From Caecitellus pseudoparvulus (Eukaryota > Protista > Bigyra: Bicosoecida), in contig CBFFRQ010000029.1 in NCBI GenBank assembly GCA_965644315.1, positions 250,548 through 314,547 of the forward strand: a stretch of 64,000 nt of DNA, given 5' to 3'. Below are positions 46,501-57,362 of the stretch, piece after piece. The notes beneath the pieces were generated by a model. That model searched no databases and had not been told where the DNA came from. It worked only from the letters and a program-made list of their open reading frames with translations. Every line of letters starts with the position of its first letter. Positions within the stretch are counted from its first letter, which is position 1. Both the position numbers and the translations under genes were made by a program.

Positions 46501-49500
46501 AATGTCAGGAGCGCTGGACGTGGTGAAGTCAGCCAAAGCACCTGCAAGGGCTTCGTAGTCCAGGTTCGTGGTGGCCACTGTGACGGTATAGGTGGCGGAG
46601 CCAGCAACTACGGCTGGGGTGCCGATGGTGATGCCCAGGGCGGAGGAGCCGGGCTGCAGGACATCATCAGAGTCCTTCAGGGGTGCCCACATAGGATCAG
46701 TGGAGGTGACAACGATACGAGCCTTCAGTGCGTCGGCTTGGTGCTGAATGCTGCCATCTCTCAGCACGACGTCAAATGTGGCGTTAACGGTGGGCTCGCC
46801 TTCCAGCACTGTAATGTAATGGTCCCGGGAGCCCTCTGCGAAGGCATCCACAGTGATGGGCCCAGCTGCTTCACGCACAGCAAGGGGGACGGGCACTGTG
46901 CGGGGGACAGCCTGGTCGCACAGGCGCGCAGCTAGCTGCAAATCCAGATCTGGCCTTGAGCCAGCTCGCAGCGTGGCAAGCAAGGTTGCGTTCACGGGCT
47001 CCGCATCGCTGCCTGCCATGGCACTGGCCAGCAACTTGTACGAAACGCCGGATGGGAGAGACAGCGTGAATGTAGCCGTGCCAGCTTCCGGGACCTCCAC
47101 TGCTGTCTGCACGGTTGGGATGGCCAGGGCGCCTTCATCGTTGAGGGCTTCAATGGTGGAGATCAAGTTCAGCTGAGGCACGTCCGATGCACTGGCAAAG
47201 TCGTCGTCCAGGGCAGTGAGTCTTGCCACCACTTGCCCCGGTGGGCTGTCCTCCAATGGACTTGGGGCTTCGTCCGCAAGTGGCTCATTCACACTGAGCG
47301 AGGAGAGCCAGGAGTGTGAGAGGGTGAAGTCAAGCACGTTGACACCGTGGTCGCTGGTGATGGCGACTTGCTTGCCTTCGGTGCGAACGTCTCTTCCCAG
47401 GTTCTCACTCTCCGTACTCGCCACAAGCAAGTATGAGCCATCGGGCATGCTGTCCATCCCGAGTGCATGCGCGGGTGCTGACTCGCTTGAGTGAAGGAGG
47501 GGGTCAAGGAAAACGGCAACAGCACCCGCACCTTCAATCTCTTCACCCAGGAGCTCGGGTGTGAAGTCCATCATTGGAAGCAGCAGATCGAGCTCGGCAG
47601 AGCCCCCTACATCGCCAACAACGGGCGCTTGATCGCCCACACGCAGGTAGTCCTGACCCCCAAAGATACCAACAACGCCAGCGGGCAGGCTGCCAGCTTC
47701 CAGGAACACTGTGCTCGCCGAGGCCGGGCCAAAGTTCAGCCCACCTGCGCCTGCGTCGACGATGTACACCGCACCTCTGTCATCACCCCCATCCTGGCTG
47801 GCCATGCAGTTGCTCCCAGGCGCGGATGCAATGAAGCGTGGCACGGCAGATGCCGCGAAGCTGGAGACGTCAATTTGCCCGCTGCCCATCTCGGACTCTT
47901 CGCAGCTGCCAACAAGCACCATCACGCCGTTCGGCAAATCGTCCAGATCGATGGGTACATGAACCGTGTCTTCCTCCGGACCGAGCAACGAGTCGTGAAC
48001 AAGGACAATGGACCCAGCAGGACTCTCGTCCTCTAAAGCGCCCCGCCTTCGCGCAAAGTCTGGGGAAAGGAGCACAAGGTCGTTGGCCCCGTTTCCATCA
48101 ACATCAGCCACCTGGAAGCTGCGGCCGGCCAGATAAGCGTCTTCAGCGACACCCACAATCCTCACAAGCCCTGACTGACTGTCAGTGCCATCGACAGTCA
48201 CGACAGCGCCCATGCTGCCTTCGATGAGCGCCGGGTGCAAGATGTAGACACCCCCTGCCTTGTTGCGTGCCTCATCGTCAAGTTCACTGGGCCCAAGCAC
48301 GAGTGCTGTCTGACCGGGAGACCCCAAGAAGGCGACATCCAAGGTGTACTCGATTTCGGACGCATCATCTGCCACGGGGAGCACAAACGTCGCAATGCCG
48401 GCTGTGCCGCTTTCGTGGTCCAGCTGGACAGGTGAATCTCCTTGTTCCCCGCCCGCAATACTTGGCACTTCTGCAATGTAAACTGCGCCAGGAGTCGCAC
48501 TTGTACCTGCTGCTTCGAATGGCGTGCTCATAATGAGACGAGGTCCATCGCCAAAGTCGTGCACTCGCTCAAGCCGAAGAACTGCGCCCTGTGACTCAGC
48601 ACCAAGGAAGCCGGTAACCCCAGCAGGAAGGGAGGCACTCTGGAAGACGATATTGCTGCCTGACTCCAGATCGTTCAGCACAGCCGGGTGAATGACGAAC
48701 ACCCCCCCCACAGCCGCGTCAGCTGTGCCTAACAGCAGGTTCGGGTACGATAGGACTAATGCGCGTGCCCCACCTTCGCCGAGGGCTGCAATGAGGTGCT
48801 CCTCTTGTCCAAGAGAACCCTGGTCGCCGCTTCCAAGGAGAAGCAGAACACCTGGTAGGGCTTCCGAAGCAGAGATGATTGAAATCGTGGACCCTGACTC
48901 TGTTGGAGGATCAGGCAAACCGCGAGAGCACAAAGCAGCGACAGCGCCCACGTTTGAAGCGGAGTCAGAGTTGAAACTGGGCGTTCGAACAACGACATCA
49001 AGCAGATCGTCGTCATCCAGCAGCTCGAGAGTGACGCCCCCTTCACCAAGTTTGTCGTCTTGGGCGCCAGCCCCAAAGGCAAGCGTCTGTTTCGGCAGGG
49101 CAGCGGGGTCGATTTCCACCACATCCTCCTCTGTGGCCAGTTGTGCAATAAGATCCCACTTGACCAGGAACACAGCGCCAGCTTGGCTTTTCAAGACCCC
49201 TCCAGGCAGCGAAAGGGTGGTCTTGGAGCTCTGCAGCACGAGGTCTAGCCCGGTGCTGCCATGAAAGATGGACCCCCAAAGCGTCGGGCCGTGAGCCAAT
49301 TTGACATCGGTGGATATGCCCACAAATCCAAACACCCCTGGGGCGTGAACGGAGCGGTCCAGCACAATGGCAGGGTGGGTGCTACCTGATTCATGTGGGA
49401 CGACCGTTGGGATCTTCACAAAGAACACGCCTCCACGCCCACTGGCGAGGCTGTCCGATTCAACGAGAAGCGCATCAAGCGTCGCATTGAGTGACACACG

Positions 49501-50179
49501 GGACACTCTCTTGCCTCCTCTTTTCGCACCGGCGCCCACAGCACCGAAAATGTACGGCGGCAGGTTTGCCGGGTCCAGCTCCACGGCGCGGGATCGTGAG
49601 CTGTCAGAGAGAAGGGCTGCCACATCCAGAACGACGAAGACGCCCTCATCTTCATCGCGGATGAGGAGGTCTACCGACGGGCCGTCACTGAAGTTGCCAG
49701 CCTGGACCTCGGCAAACCCAAGGCTCTGCGCTCCATAAATGGCCAACACGCCGTCCGGAAGGTGTTGGGTTGGGTCCATATCCTTGAGCACGCTCCCTCC
49801 AGGCGTTTGAGCGTGAGAGAACCTTGACATGACGACATAGATCACACCGCGGTTGCTGCTCCCTCCAACATTGCCGGAGGCTGAGCGCATGGTGTGGTCG
49901 GGCTTCCCGTCCCCATCCACGTCGCCGAGGGGTTCGTGGATGAGCTCTGGATCAGTGCCAGCATCGGGAACCTGGAAGCGGCGATTGTTCGAAAGCGTGG
50001 CATTCGTATCCACTGAAGTGATCTTGGGTGGACAGTCTGGGGCGGATGCCACGGCGGCACCTGAGGCGGCGTGAGTGAGGAGAGCAATGCCGTGCCGCCG
50101 CATTGCAGCTGCAGCGGAGGGCACGCTACGCACCAAGCAGAGCCGCAGCCAAGAGCAGCACGGGTGCAACGGATTTCAT
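43597..50179 (-). CDS. Type I membrane protein with FG-GAP (integrin-alpha-like) repeats and cadherin repeats, ~2170 aa
   Basis: ATG 50179 plus intron 50133-50061 gives signal peptide MKSVAPVLLLAAALLGAAVASA; FG-GAP/Ca loops GDVDGDGKPD, VADVDGNGANDLVL, repeated GAVY/GAVF strands; cadherin motifs DANDPP, AENSDVG..ADEDGD, FDFE, IEDVNEAP..VEENS..TDPEG, LDWE; one TM then a short tail. Confidence 0.85.
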
Positions 50180-51372
50180 GATCATTCAAAGCGGTGCCAG
50201 GTGGATTCGTGTACCTCGCAGCGGGCAGGGTCGGAGCGCAGGCAGCAGCATGTGTTTGTCGCTGCCGCCGGTGGGGAACGAGGTTCTCCGAGGCCGGCAC
50301 AGGCGCGGGCTCTGCACAGCGCCAACGAAGGAAGCCTGCAAAGGGACCCTTAGGCAGGAGAAGGGGAGTTTGGATTATGCGAGCCCGCGTGCTCGGCGGG
50401 AGCTGTGCTGCGTCCCCCCCAGCCGGGCTCTGTGTGGCACCTGCCGAGCGAAGGATCTCAACAACCTCGCACGGCGAGCGTGCAGCCGGGTGGCGTTCGT
50501 CGCATGACAGGCCCAATCTCATGCTCAACCCAACGTCATCACATCAATGGCCTGGTTCATGACCGTGAGCGGGGCTGTCTAAGGCTTGCGGCGTGTGCAG
50601 GCAGTGGTGGTTGCGGGAGTTGGAGGTGAAACGGCCAGGTGCATGTGCAGTGCAGCACCACTTCCTCCACGACGACCTGTTTGATGCTCACGACAGCAAT
50701 TGCAGCCATGACAACGAGGGGCTGCTTGAAGTAATGTTAAAGGCTGCCAGGGACCAGCGGTTCACTTGGACCCGCCCCAACTGCACAGTAGCACGAGGGT
50801 CTACGATGGACATGTGCCCAGGGATTGGCTGACGGGGAGAGCCATCTTCTCTGACAGACGTGGGTGTGGATACAGGCTGGGATGCCAATCAGTGACGGAT
50901 CGTGGGGTGCGCTTCTGCGAAGGGCACTGGCCAGGTAGCTCTCGCAGAGCTGGCGCGGAGGGTGTGCAGCCCAGCTCCTGCCTCGCCTACTTGCCGCAGC
51001 GCCGTATTCTCAGGAGGCGCAGCCTGCACGGCGAGTCAGCTGTCTCATGGCGGACTTCCACCCCCCCCAGAGTCTCCCGCTTGAGAATGCAGCAGTGCTC
51101 CGCTCGTGGGCGCGTTTCCATGGCACATCCCTTGCGAGCAATGCTTTCACGAGTCCGCTCCACAGCCGTCTCCTTCACAAATCCCCCCCCACCACCTACG
51201 TGCGTGCAGGTGCACACGGCCCCCTTTGTCTAGGCAGGGCGCCAGCGGGATCTTGTGGCCAGGCATTCCTTGCCTGCTGTGCACGGCGGCAGTGGTCGTG
51301 CGCCCTTCTCGCTGGGTGGAGGGCCAGAGCGGAGGAAGTCCTCGTACGCGATGGCGGGTGAGGCTGACGACC

Positions 51373-52204
51373 ATGTGGGTGTGCTTGGGGCGTCCAGCTG
51401 TGAGGGGGCGTGTCAAACACCCGCCGACTCCCGCTCTGCGCAGGTGAAGGGGCTGATAGAGCAAGCTCGGCTGCAGTACAAGTGCGTTGGCGTGCAGGTG
51501 CAGTGCAGGAGGCTTGCGCAATTACCGCAAGTGTGCGGCGCTTGCGCAGGTCCCAGGCGCTGGAGGCGATTGCGAAGGCCAAAGCAGACACCAAGCGAGC
51601 CATGCAGGCGGAGCTGGACGCAGCGAGGGCCTCTGCGACGGCACAGATTGCTGCCCTTCGGCACCAGCTGGCGAACGAGCGGCAGCGTGGGGATGTGATG
51701 CTGAAGCGGTCCCTGGAGGCGTTGGTTGAGCAGCTGAAGGAGGCGGCGAGTGCGGGCAAGCACAGCTCTGGCTCACGCCCTGCTCAGTGGAACGGCGCTG
51801 CGCTGTTGAAGGTGGTGCGGTCGTGCGCCAATGCGGTGTACAGCCAGCTGAACTCTGCGGGGGGCGGGCAGGTACAGGACAGCACCCTGGACGCCGAGGA
51901 CGCCAAGCGGCTGGGGCTGCGGGGCAAGGGCGTGACGATGCTGGGGGGAGGGATGGCGTCTGTCCCTGCCTCGGCGGCTGCGGAGCTGCTGGGGGAGGGG
52001 GCGGGGTCGTCGCCGTGGCCGCCTTGCCCCGGCAGTCTGAAAGATGCAAATGTGCTGGGTAGGTTTGCTAGCCGAGCTCACAGCCTGCAAGGAGTGCGGG
52101 GGAGACACCAGGAAAGTGTGATCGAGCTTGGTTTGTGTATTGAAAGCTGCTCACGAGTTTCGCTGGTTTGTTTCCGCTGTCACTTGGGCACGTCATACAG
52201 ATAG
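51373..52204 (+). CDS. Intron-containing coiled-coil gene or gene remnant in repeat unit (copy 1)
   Basis: GT-AG introns 51379-51443 and 51482-51549 join MW-VKGLIEQARLQYK-SQALEAIAKAKADTKRAMQAELDAAR..LVEQLKEAA in frame; true 5' end unclear. Confidence 0.4.
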
Positions 52205-52214
52205 CCGGCGCGTG

Positions 52215-54323
52215 CTACTCGAAGTAGAAGAAGGGGCCCATCGACGGGAATCCGCCCATTCCGCCCATCATGGGATGCCCCATCGGGACAACCACGGCAT
52301 GTCCGCCCATGCCCGCCCCGTGCAGAACAAGAGGGTGTCCGCCCATCCCCACCGCCATTGGGAGGCCCAAGTGAACCACGCCACCGCGCTCCCGCCTTCG
52401 GTTACGCAGTTGACGTACTTCTTCTTGGTGCCTGCGTTCTTGGGCTGCTTTCAGCCGCTCTTGCTCTTCTTGTTCACGCTTGTTTCGCTCGCGGATTTCA
52501 GCAAGCTCTTTCCTTCGCCGGGCATCTGCTTCAGCCTGCTTGATTGCCTTCGCCGCCTCGGCTGCTCGTGTCTCTGCGCTTTCCAGAGCTTCCATGCACC
52601 GGGTATGGTCTCGCGAGACTGCTGAAGCTGCTTGGCTAAGGGCAGTTCTGACAGCAGCCTCTGACGCCTGCCAAACTGCTCGCAGGAAGGGCTGCTCGAG
52701 GGAGGCGTGCTGAGCCCAGGTGGGCACCTCCACACTTGGGATGCTTTGGCCATCAACACTGACAGTGTGCACGCCAAGGGAGGACAAGCGCCGACCCAAG
52801 GACTGCTTGACCCACGCGGGAGCGACGCATTTGCTGCGGATTGGCAGCTCATGTCCGCCTCCAGTGCACCATGGGTTCGGATCGCCTGCCGCTCCGGGGT
52901 GAGTGGCAAATCGAAGCTGCTGAATGTCCCGTGTCAAGCGTTTCAGGCGCTGTTGCGCCTTTGAGACAGCTGCAGATGCTTTGTGTTGAACTTCGGCTTT
53001 CGCAACTTCCGAATAGTGAGCAGTTTGCTCTCGGACGGCTTGCGAGATGAGTGCCCAGGCGTACTCTGATGCGGCTGATCTCATGCGCTGGCACCCCGCT
53101 GGGGAACCAGTCACCATTTTGTGCAAATGTGTGACTCGGTCGCAGACACCTTGGGTCGGTGTTGCCATCACCAACAAGGCATGGATGCCTTCGAAGGTAT
53201 CCATGAATGGGCAAGTTGTGCTGCCCTGCAAGGCCTTTGTGATGCTCTGTCTGCCCGGTTCTGCAACAGCAGCACGGCGAAGCAGGACATGCGCAGGGTA
53301 TTCTTGTGCAAGACAGGTAAGTTCGACGAGTTTTTGTTCTAGCTCAATACAGGCGTGCTCAAGTCGGGCTTGGGCAGCAGCTTCCTTCAGAACCTCCCCA
53401 AGGCTTTTTGAGCAGTGCTGTCCACTCCTTCGCCATGTTCGAACTGCCTGGGCGAATGCTTGCATGAGACCACCAACTTGGCTGGCTGATATACTGTCCC
53501 AGAGACCATCTCCATCTGAGTCGGCCTGGGCACACGCACCAATGGTGGTGCGAAACGAAACCCAAGGCCCCTTGTCAAGGCTGGCTTCCCTCAGGTCTGG
53601 GAGTGTCCACAACCTCACGCTGCTGAAGACTTGAGAAGCGTGCAGCCTGATTTGGTTTCGCTGTTTCGCTGATGGGGATTGTGCAGCCTCCAAGTTCAAC
53701 ACGCGGTCAGAGAGGCTCCGGTCTGAGCCTGTTGCACCAGCTCCTGAAAAACGGTAGTCTCTTAGCACAATGTGCAGGTGTCCCAGCTGTCCTCCGAAGC
53801 CTGTCAAGTGTGCAACTTCGGCTGTCGACTCGAGCAAGTAGCTCACCTGCTTCAGGATGTGATCCCGTCCGACACTGGTGCAGTTTAGGATGATATTGGA
53901 GCACAGCGGCAGGAGAGGCACAACTAACGTCCAGTCATGGTCGTCACCATTGTTTCCCCAGCCCTCGAGGTCGAGGAGCGCTGTTGCCCGGCTTCCCTCA
54001 GTTTTAGGTTTGCACACACGGCAGCCTTTGGTGCAGCTTTCCGCCGAGTGCCCAACAGTGAAGGGGCCAGACATGGAGCCTGTGTGGAGGAAGTTGAGGA
54101 GGGAGGACTTGCCGCTGCGCATGTCTCCGATTGCGCACGTCAGCCCAAGCCGCGTTTCAGGATCTGAGCTGCCCTGCAGGAGTTGGACACCCGCCTCATG
54201 CATCTCGGGGTCTCCAGCTTCGTTGACAGACATGAGGAGTACGTCAGCTTCTGGAGCCTCGCAGCGTCTCCATGTGCCATCCACACTCGCCCATTTCATG
54301 CTTCGTGGGGACTCCGCGGCCAT
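52215..54323 (-). CDS. GBP/atlastin-class (GB1/RHD3) dynamin-superfamily GTPase A, copy 1
   Basis: G1 GDMRSGKS, G2 FTVGHSAESCTKG, G3 LLDLEG, G4 IVLRD; helical middle region, charged coiled coil, G/M/H/P-rich tail; likely ATG 54323; single uninterrupted ORF. Confidence 0.88.
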   Translation of the reverse strand: MAAESPRSMKWASVDGTWRRCEAPEADVLLMSVNEAGDPEMHEAGVQLLQGSSDPETRLGLTCAIGDMRSGKSSLLNFLHTGSMSGPFTVGHSAESCTKGCRVCKPKTEGSRATALLDLEGWGNNGDDHDWTLVVPLLPLCSNIILNCTSVGRDHILKQVSYLLESTAEVAHLTGFGGQLGHLHIVLRDYRFSGAGATGSDRSLSDRVLNLEAAQSPSAKQRNQIRLHASQVFSSVRLWTLPDLREASLDKGPWVSFRTTIGACAQADSDGDGLWDSISASQVGGLMQAFAQAVRTWRRSGQHCSKSLGEVLKEAAAQARLEHACIELEQKLVELTCLAQEYPAHVLLRRAAVAEPGRQSITKALQGSTTCPFMDTFEGIHALLVMATPTQGVCDRVTHLHKMVTGSPAGCQRMRSAASEYAWALISQAVREQTAHYSEVAKAEVQHKASAAVSKAQQRLKRLTRDIQQLRFATHPGAAGDPNPWCTGGGHELPIRSKCVAPAWVKQSLGRRLSSLGVHTVSVDGQSIPSVEVPTWAQHASLEQPFLRAVWQASEAAVRTALSQAASAVSRDHTRCMEALESAETRAAEAAKAIKQAEADARRRKELAEIRERNKREQEEQERLKAAQERRHQEEVRQLRNRRRERGGVVHLGLPMAVGMGGHPLVLHGAGMGGHAVVVPMGHPMMGGMGGFPSMGPFFYFE

Positions 54324-54722
54324 TCTGCAGTTCTCCTCGCTTCCGGCAACTGGTCGTGCTATCAAGTCTCTTGAACTTCTTTCGAAACGCACGCCAGCCC
54401 AAAGCTGCCTATGCGTTGGAAACACAAGTAACAGGCAGCGCATTGTTGGCAGTTAGATTTGGACGGTGGAGGTTGTTGTGTGCTTGCATCCTGTCAGCCT
54501 GAATGACATCTTTCCAGCTGGCATTGCCGGCAACTTGCAGTTGGACCCCCCCTGCTCTGAGGGGGCAGGGGGTGCGTTGGGCACACCATCCCACAGCAGC
54601 TTCTGTGTATCACACAACCCATTCATCTGGACATCTCGGATTCGAAGAATACCGGCCATCTACGCTGCATCCCCAGTCCTACAATCGCGCGTGATCCAGC
54701 TCATTTTTTCTCCCCGGTCCAC
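54324..54722. promoter_or_regulatory. Probable shared bidirectional promoter of the GTPase A/B pair
   Basis: ~400-bp gap between divergent ATGs; position only, no specific element identified. Confidence 0.45.
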
Positions 54723-57029
54723 ATGGCTTCAGCTACGGAAACCACTCGCGCTAGTGCAGGTGGTGCAAGTGCCGATGAAGTTTCACCCATGGCTGTGAAA
54801 GTCATGCACGTGGATGAAGCAAGAGCAGTACCCGTTGTCAACATTGACGCATTGAAGCGCTGCGACTTCTCACTCCGGGAGTGCGTCAACATTGTGTCGA
54901 TCTTTGGCCCTCTCCGCTCTGGGAAGAGCACAATGCTCACACGCCTCGTTGGAATGGAGACGATTTTGGACTTCAAGGACACAGAGGAGGGCATGCACGC
55001 CTCTCCGCTGTTTGTTGTGAAGCATGACTCCAAGCCCTGCACCGTGGGAGTTGACATGGCAACTGAGCGTTTCTCGGTCGCGGAGGTGATGAGCACCAAG
55101 TCAAAGCTGAGTCCTGATGCTGCAGCTGCCGCTCCACAAGTCGCCCTCATGGACGTTGAGGGTGCGGGTGACAAGGGGGATGGCTATGACCTTACGTTGA
55201 TCACCCCGATTCTCCCCGTGTCAAAGGTGGTTCTTTGGCGGGTCACATGGGCGGGTCGTGATAAATTGTTGCAGGAGCTGGAGGTGTTTCGTCAGGCTGC
55301 TGAGAGCCTCAAGCCTGTCGAAGAGGACGAAGTACCTTTGCCAGACAAACCGCCCTTTGGCCATCTTGTCATTGTTGTCAGAGATGCCAAGCATCTGGAT
55401 GCTGCCACAACGTCTGCTGGAGCAACCATATCCGAACAGATCCTGGACAGGGAGCGTGTTCGGCCTACGGCATCAAACAGGAAAAGCATTGGGCAGCGCA
55501 ACGAGATCAGAGCTGCACTGTATGACTGTTTTGCCTCTGTCACTGTGCATGCTATGGCCGATCCGTTCTCTGACTTGGAAGGGTACGAGCGGGGCATGTG
55601 TGAGTTGCGGGATATGGTGGGTGAAATGCTGCTGGAGCCCCACAAGCTGTTTGGTGAGGCCGACATTCTCGCGGGCGACCTCCCTGATCTGCTTACAAGC
55701 CTGGCGGAGGCAGCTGCTGAGTCTGAGATAGTGTTGAACATGCGATCAGCGGTGGACACTCTGCTCGAGAATCGAGCGCGTGTTGCTTTGTCAGAGTACG
55801 GCAGAGCTTTGGACGCGAACTCTGCCAAGCTGACGTCCACTTTGGACCCTATTGTTCAAGTGTCTGTCGTGACGCAGCAGGGGAAAGAGCCATTGGGTCT
55901 TGACTCTGCAGGGGTGAGCCTTGAATGTGTGCAGAGAGCATTGGAACTTGCGGAAGCCAGCGGGGCACAGGGTCAGGCAACGGCAGCTGGGGCAGGATTC
56001 GGGGGGGATGGAGCAACTGACTCTTGGCTTGATCTCCTGCTGGGCATATCTACCGACTACAGTGAGGCTTTGCAGTTGTTCAGCGCCACGATGGAGAAAC
56101 TACACTTGTCAGCGGTGCGAGAATCCTTGACGAAGTTTAAGGGTCAACTTGAAGCAGCAGCTCGCCACAATGCTTTGCATAAGGCATCGGAAGCTCTGTA
56201 TGCACTGCAAAGCAACATGCAGACGTGGGCCCGCAGGGATGCCACGTCATCGACTCTGGGCATTCGAGCCCAGTTATTTCAGCAAGTGCCTGCTGCTGCG
56301 GCCGAGTGCGGCGGCCACGCTCTGGACGCGCAGACCATGTGGCATGAAGCTCCTGGGACAGCAACAATATTGGAGGATGTGCTTGGAGGCAGGGGCTCGT
56401 CTTCGCACCTTGCTCTTCCGTCTTGCCTGCAACTGCTGCCACCTGCAAGCAGGGCAAAGTTGACCGACACGCTGCAAGACATTGTTGCCCAGTTGGAGGC
56501 GGAAGCAGTGGCAGCTTTGGAGCAGCGGTGCGCCGCAGAAGCAGCTTCTCTGTCTGCTCAAGAGCGCCAGCGTCGTGTGGAGGAGTTGGAGGAGAAGGCG
56601 GCTGCTGCTGATGCTGCTCACCGCGAGGAGATGCGCCGCATGCTGGAGGAGCAGAAGCAGGCAAGCGAAAAGATGCGAGCAGAGCAGCAAGAGAGAGATG
56701 CTCAGCATGAGAAGAAGATGAAAGAATTGCAAGCAGAGTTGTTGCAGCAGCAACGACAGGCACAGGCACAGATGCAGCAGCTTGCCCAGTCCATCGCTTT
56801 CTCTGGTGGGGGCGGGGGGGGCGGGGGATTCGGTCCGATGCCGCCCGGTCCGATGCCGCCCGGTCCGATGCCACCCGGTCCATCATCAGGTGGGCCGATG
56901 GAGCGTGTTATTTATTCGCCCCCGCGAAGGGTGAACCCGTGGAATGCGTTCCAGAAGGCCAACGCAGGCCGAGGATGGTCTCCGTCTCAAATGTCCCGTG
57001 CCTATAAACGATTCAAGGGAGGGCGATGA
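54723..57029 (+). CDS. GBP/atlastin-class GTPase B, copy 1
   Basis: G1 SIFGPLRSGKS, G2 KPCTVGVD, G3 LMDVEGAGD, G4 IVVRD; RNEIR motif; C-terminal coiled coil, (GPMPP)3 and a basic terminal mini-domain; single ORF. Confidence 0.9.
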   Translation: MASATETTRASAGGASADEVSPMAVKVMHVDEARAVPVVNIDALKRCDFSLRECVNIVSIFGPLRSGKSTMLTRLVGMETILDFKDTEEGMHASPLFVVKHDSKPCTVGVDMATERFSVAEVMSTKSKLSPDAAAAAPQVALMDVEGAGDKGDGYDLTLITPILPVSKVVLWRVTWAGRDKLLQELEVFRQAAESLKPVEEDEVPLPDKPPFGHLVIVVRDAKHLDAATTSAGATISEQILDRERVRPTASNRKSIGQRNEIRAALYDCFASVTVHAMADPFSDLEGYERGMCELRDMVGEMLLEPHKLFGEADILAGDLPDLLTSLAEAAAESEIVLNMRSAVDTLLENRARVALSEYGRALDANSAKLTSTLDPIVQVSVVTQQGKEPLGLDSAGVSLECVQRALELAEASGAQGQATAAGAGFGGDGATDSWLDLLLGISTDYSEALQLFSATMEKLHLSAVRESLTKFKGQLEAAARHNALHKASEALYALQSNMQTWARRDATSSTLGIRAQLFQQVPAAAAECGGHALDAQTMWHEAPGTATILEDVLGGRGSSSHLALPSCLQLLPPASRAKLTDTLQDIVAQLEAEAVAALEQRCAAEAASLSAQERQRRVEELEEKAAAADAAHREEMRRMLEEQKQASEKMRAEQQERDAQHEKKMKELQAELLQQQRQAQAQMQQLAQSIAFSGGGGGGGGFGPMPPGPMPPGPMPPGPSSGGPMERVIYSPPRRVNPWNAFQKANAGRGWSPSQMSRAYKRFKGGR
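56832..56882 (+). repeat. 15-bp tandem repeat x3 encoding GPMPP
   Basis: ggtccgatgccgccc x3 (third copy has cca); also present at 62823-62873. Confidence 0.85.
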
Positions 57030-57362
57030 CTCAAGGCGGACTCCCGACCCTCCCAGAGCCCCCCACTCCAGAATGTAGCACTGCTCCGCTTGTGGGCGCG
57101 TTTCCAAGGCACATCCCTTGGGACCAGAGCCTTCCCAAGCACACCTTGACAGAGCCGTCCCCCTTCACAAATCCCCCCCCACCACCTACGTGCGTGCAGG
57201 TGCACACGGCCCACTGTGTCTGGACAGGGCGCCAGCGGGATCTTATCGCCAGGCGTCACTTGCCTGCTGTGCGCGGCGGCAGCGGTCGTGCGTCCTTCTC
57301 GCTGGGTGGAGGGCCAGAGCGGTGGAAGACCTCGTGCGCGATGGCGGGTGAGGCTGACGACC

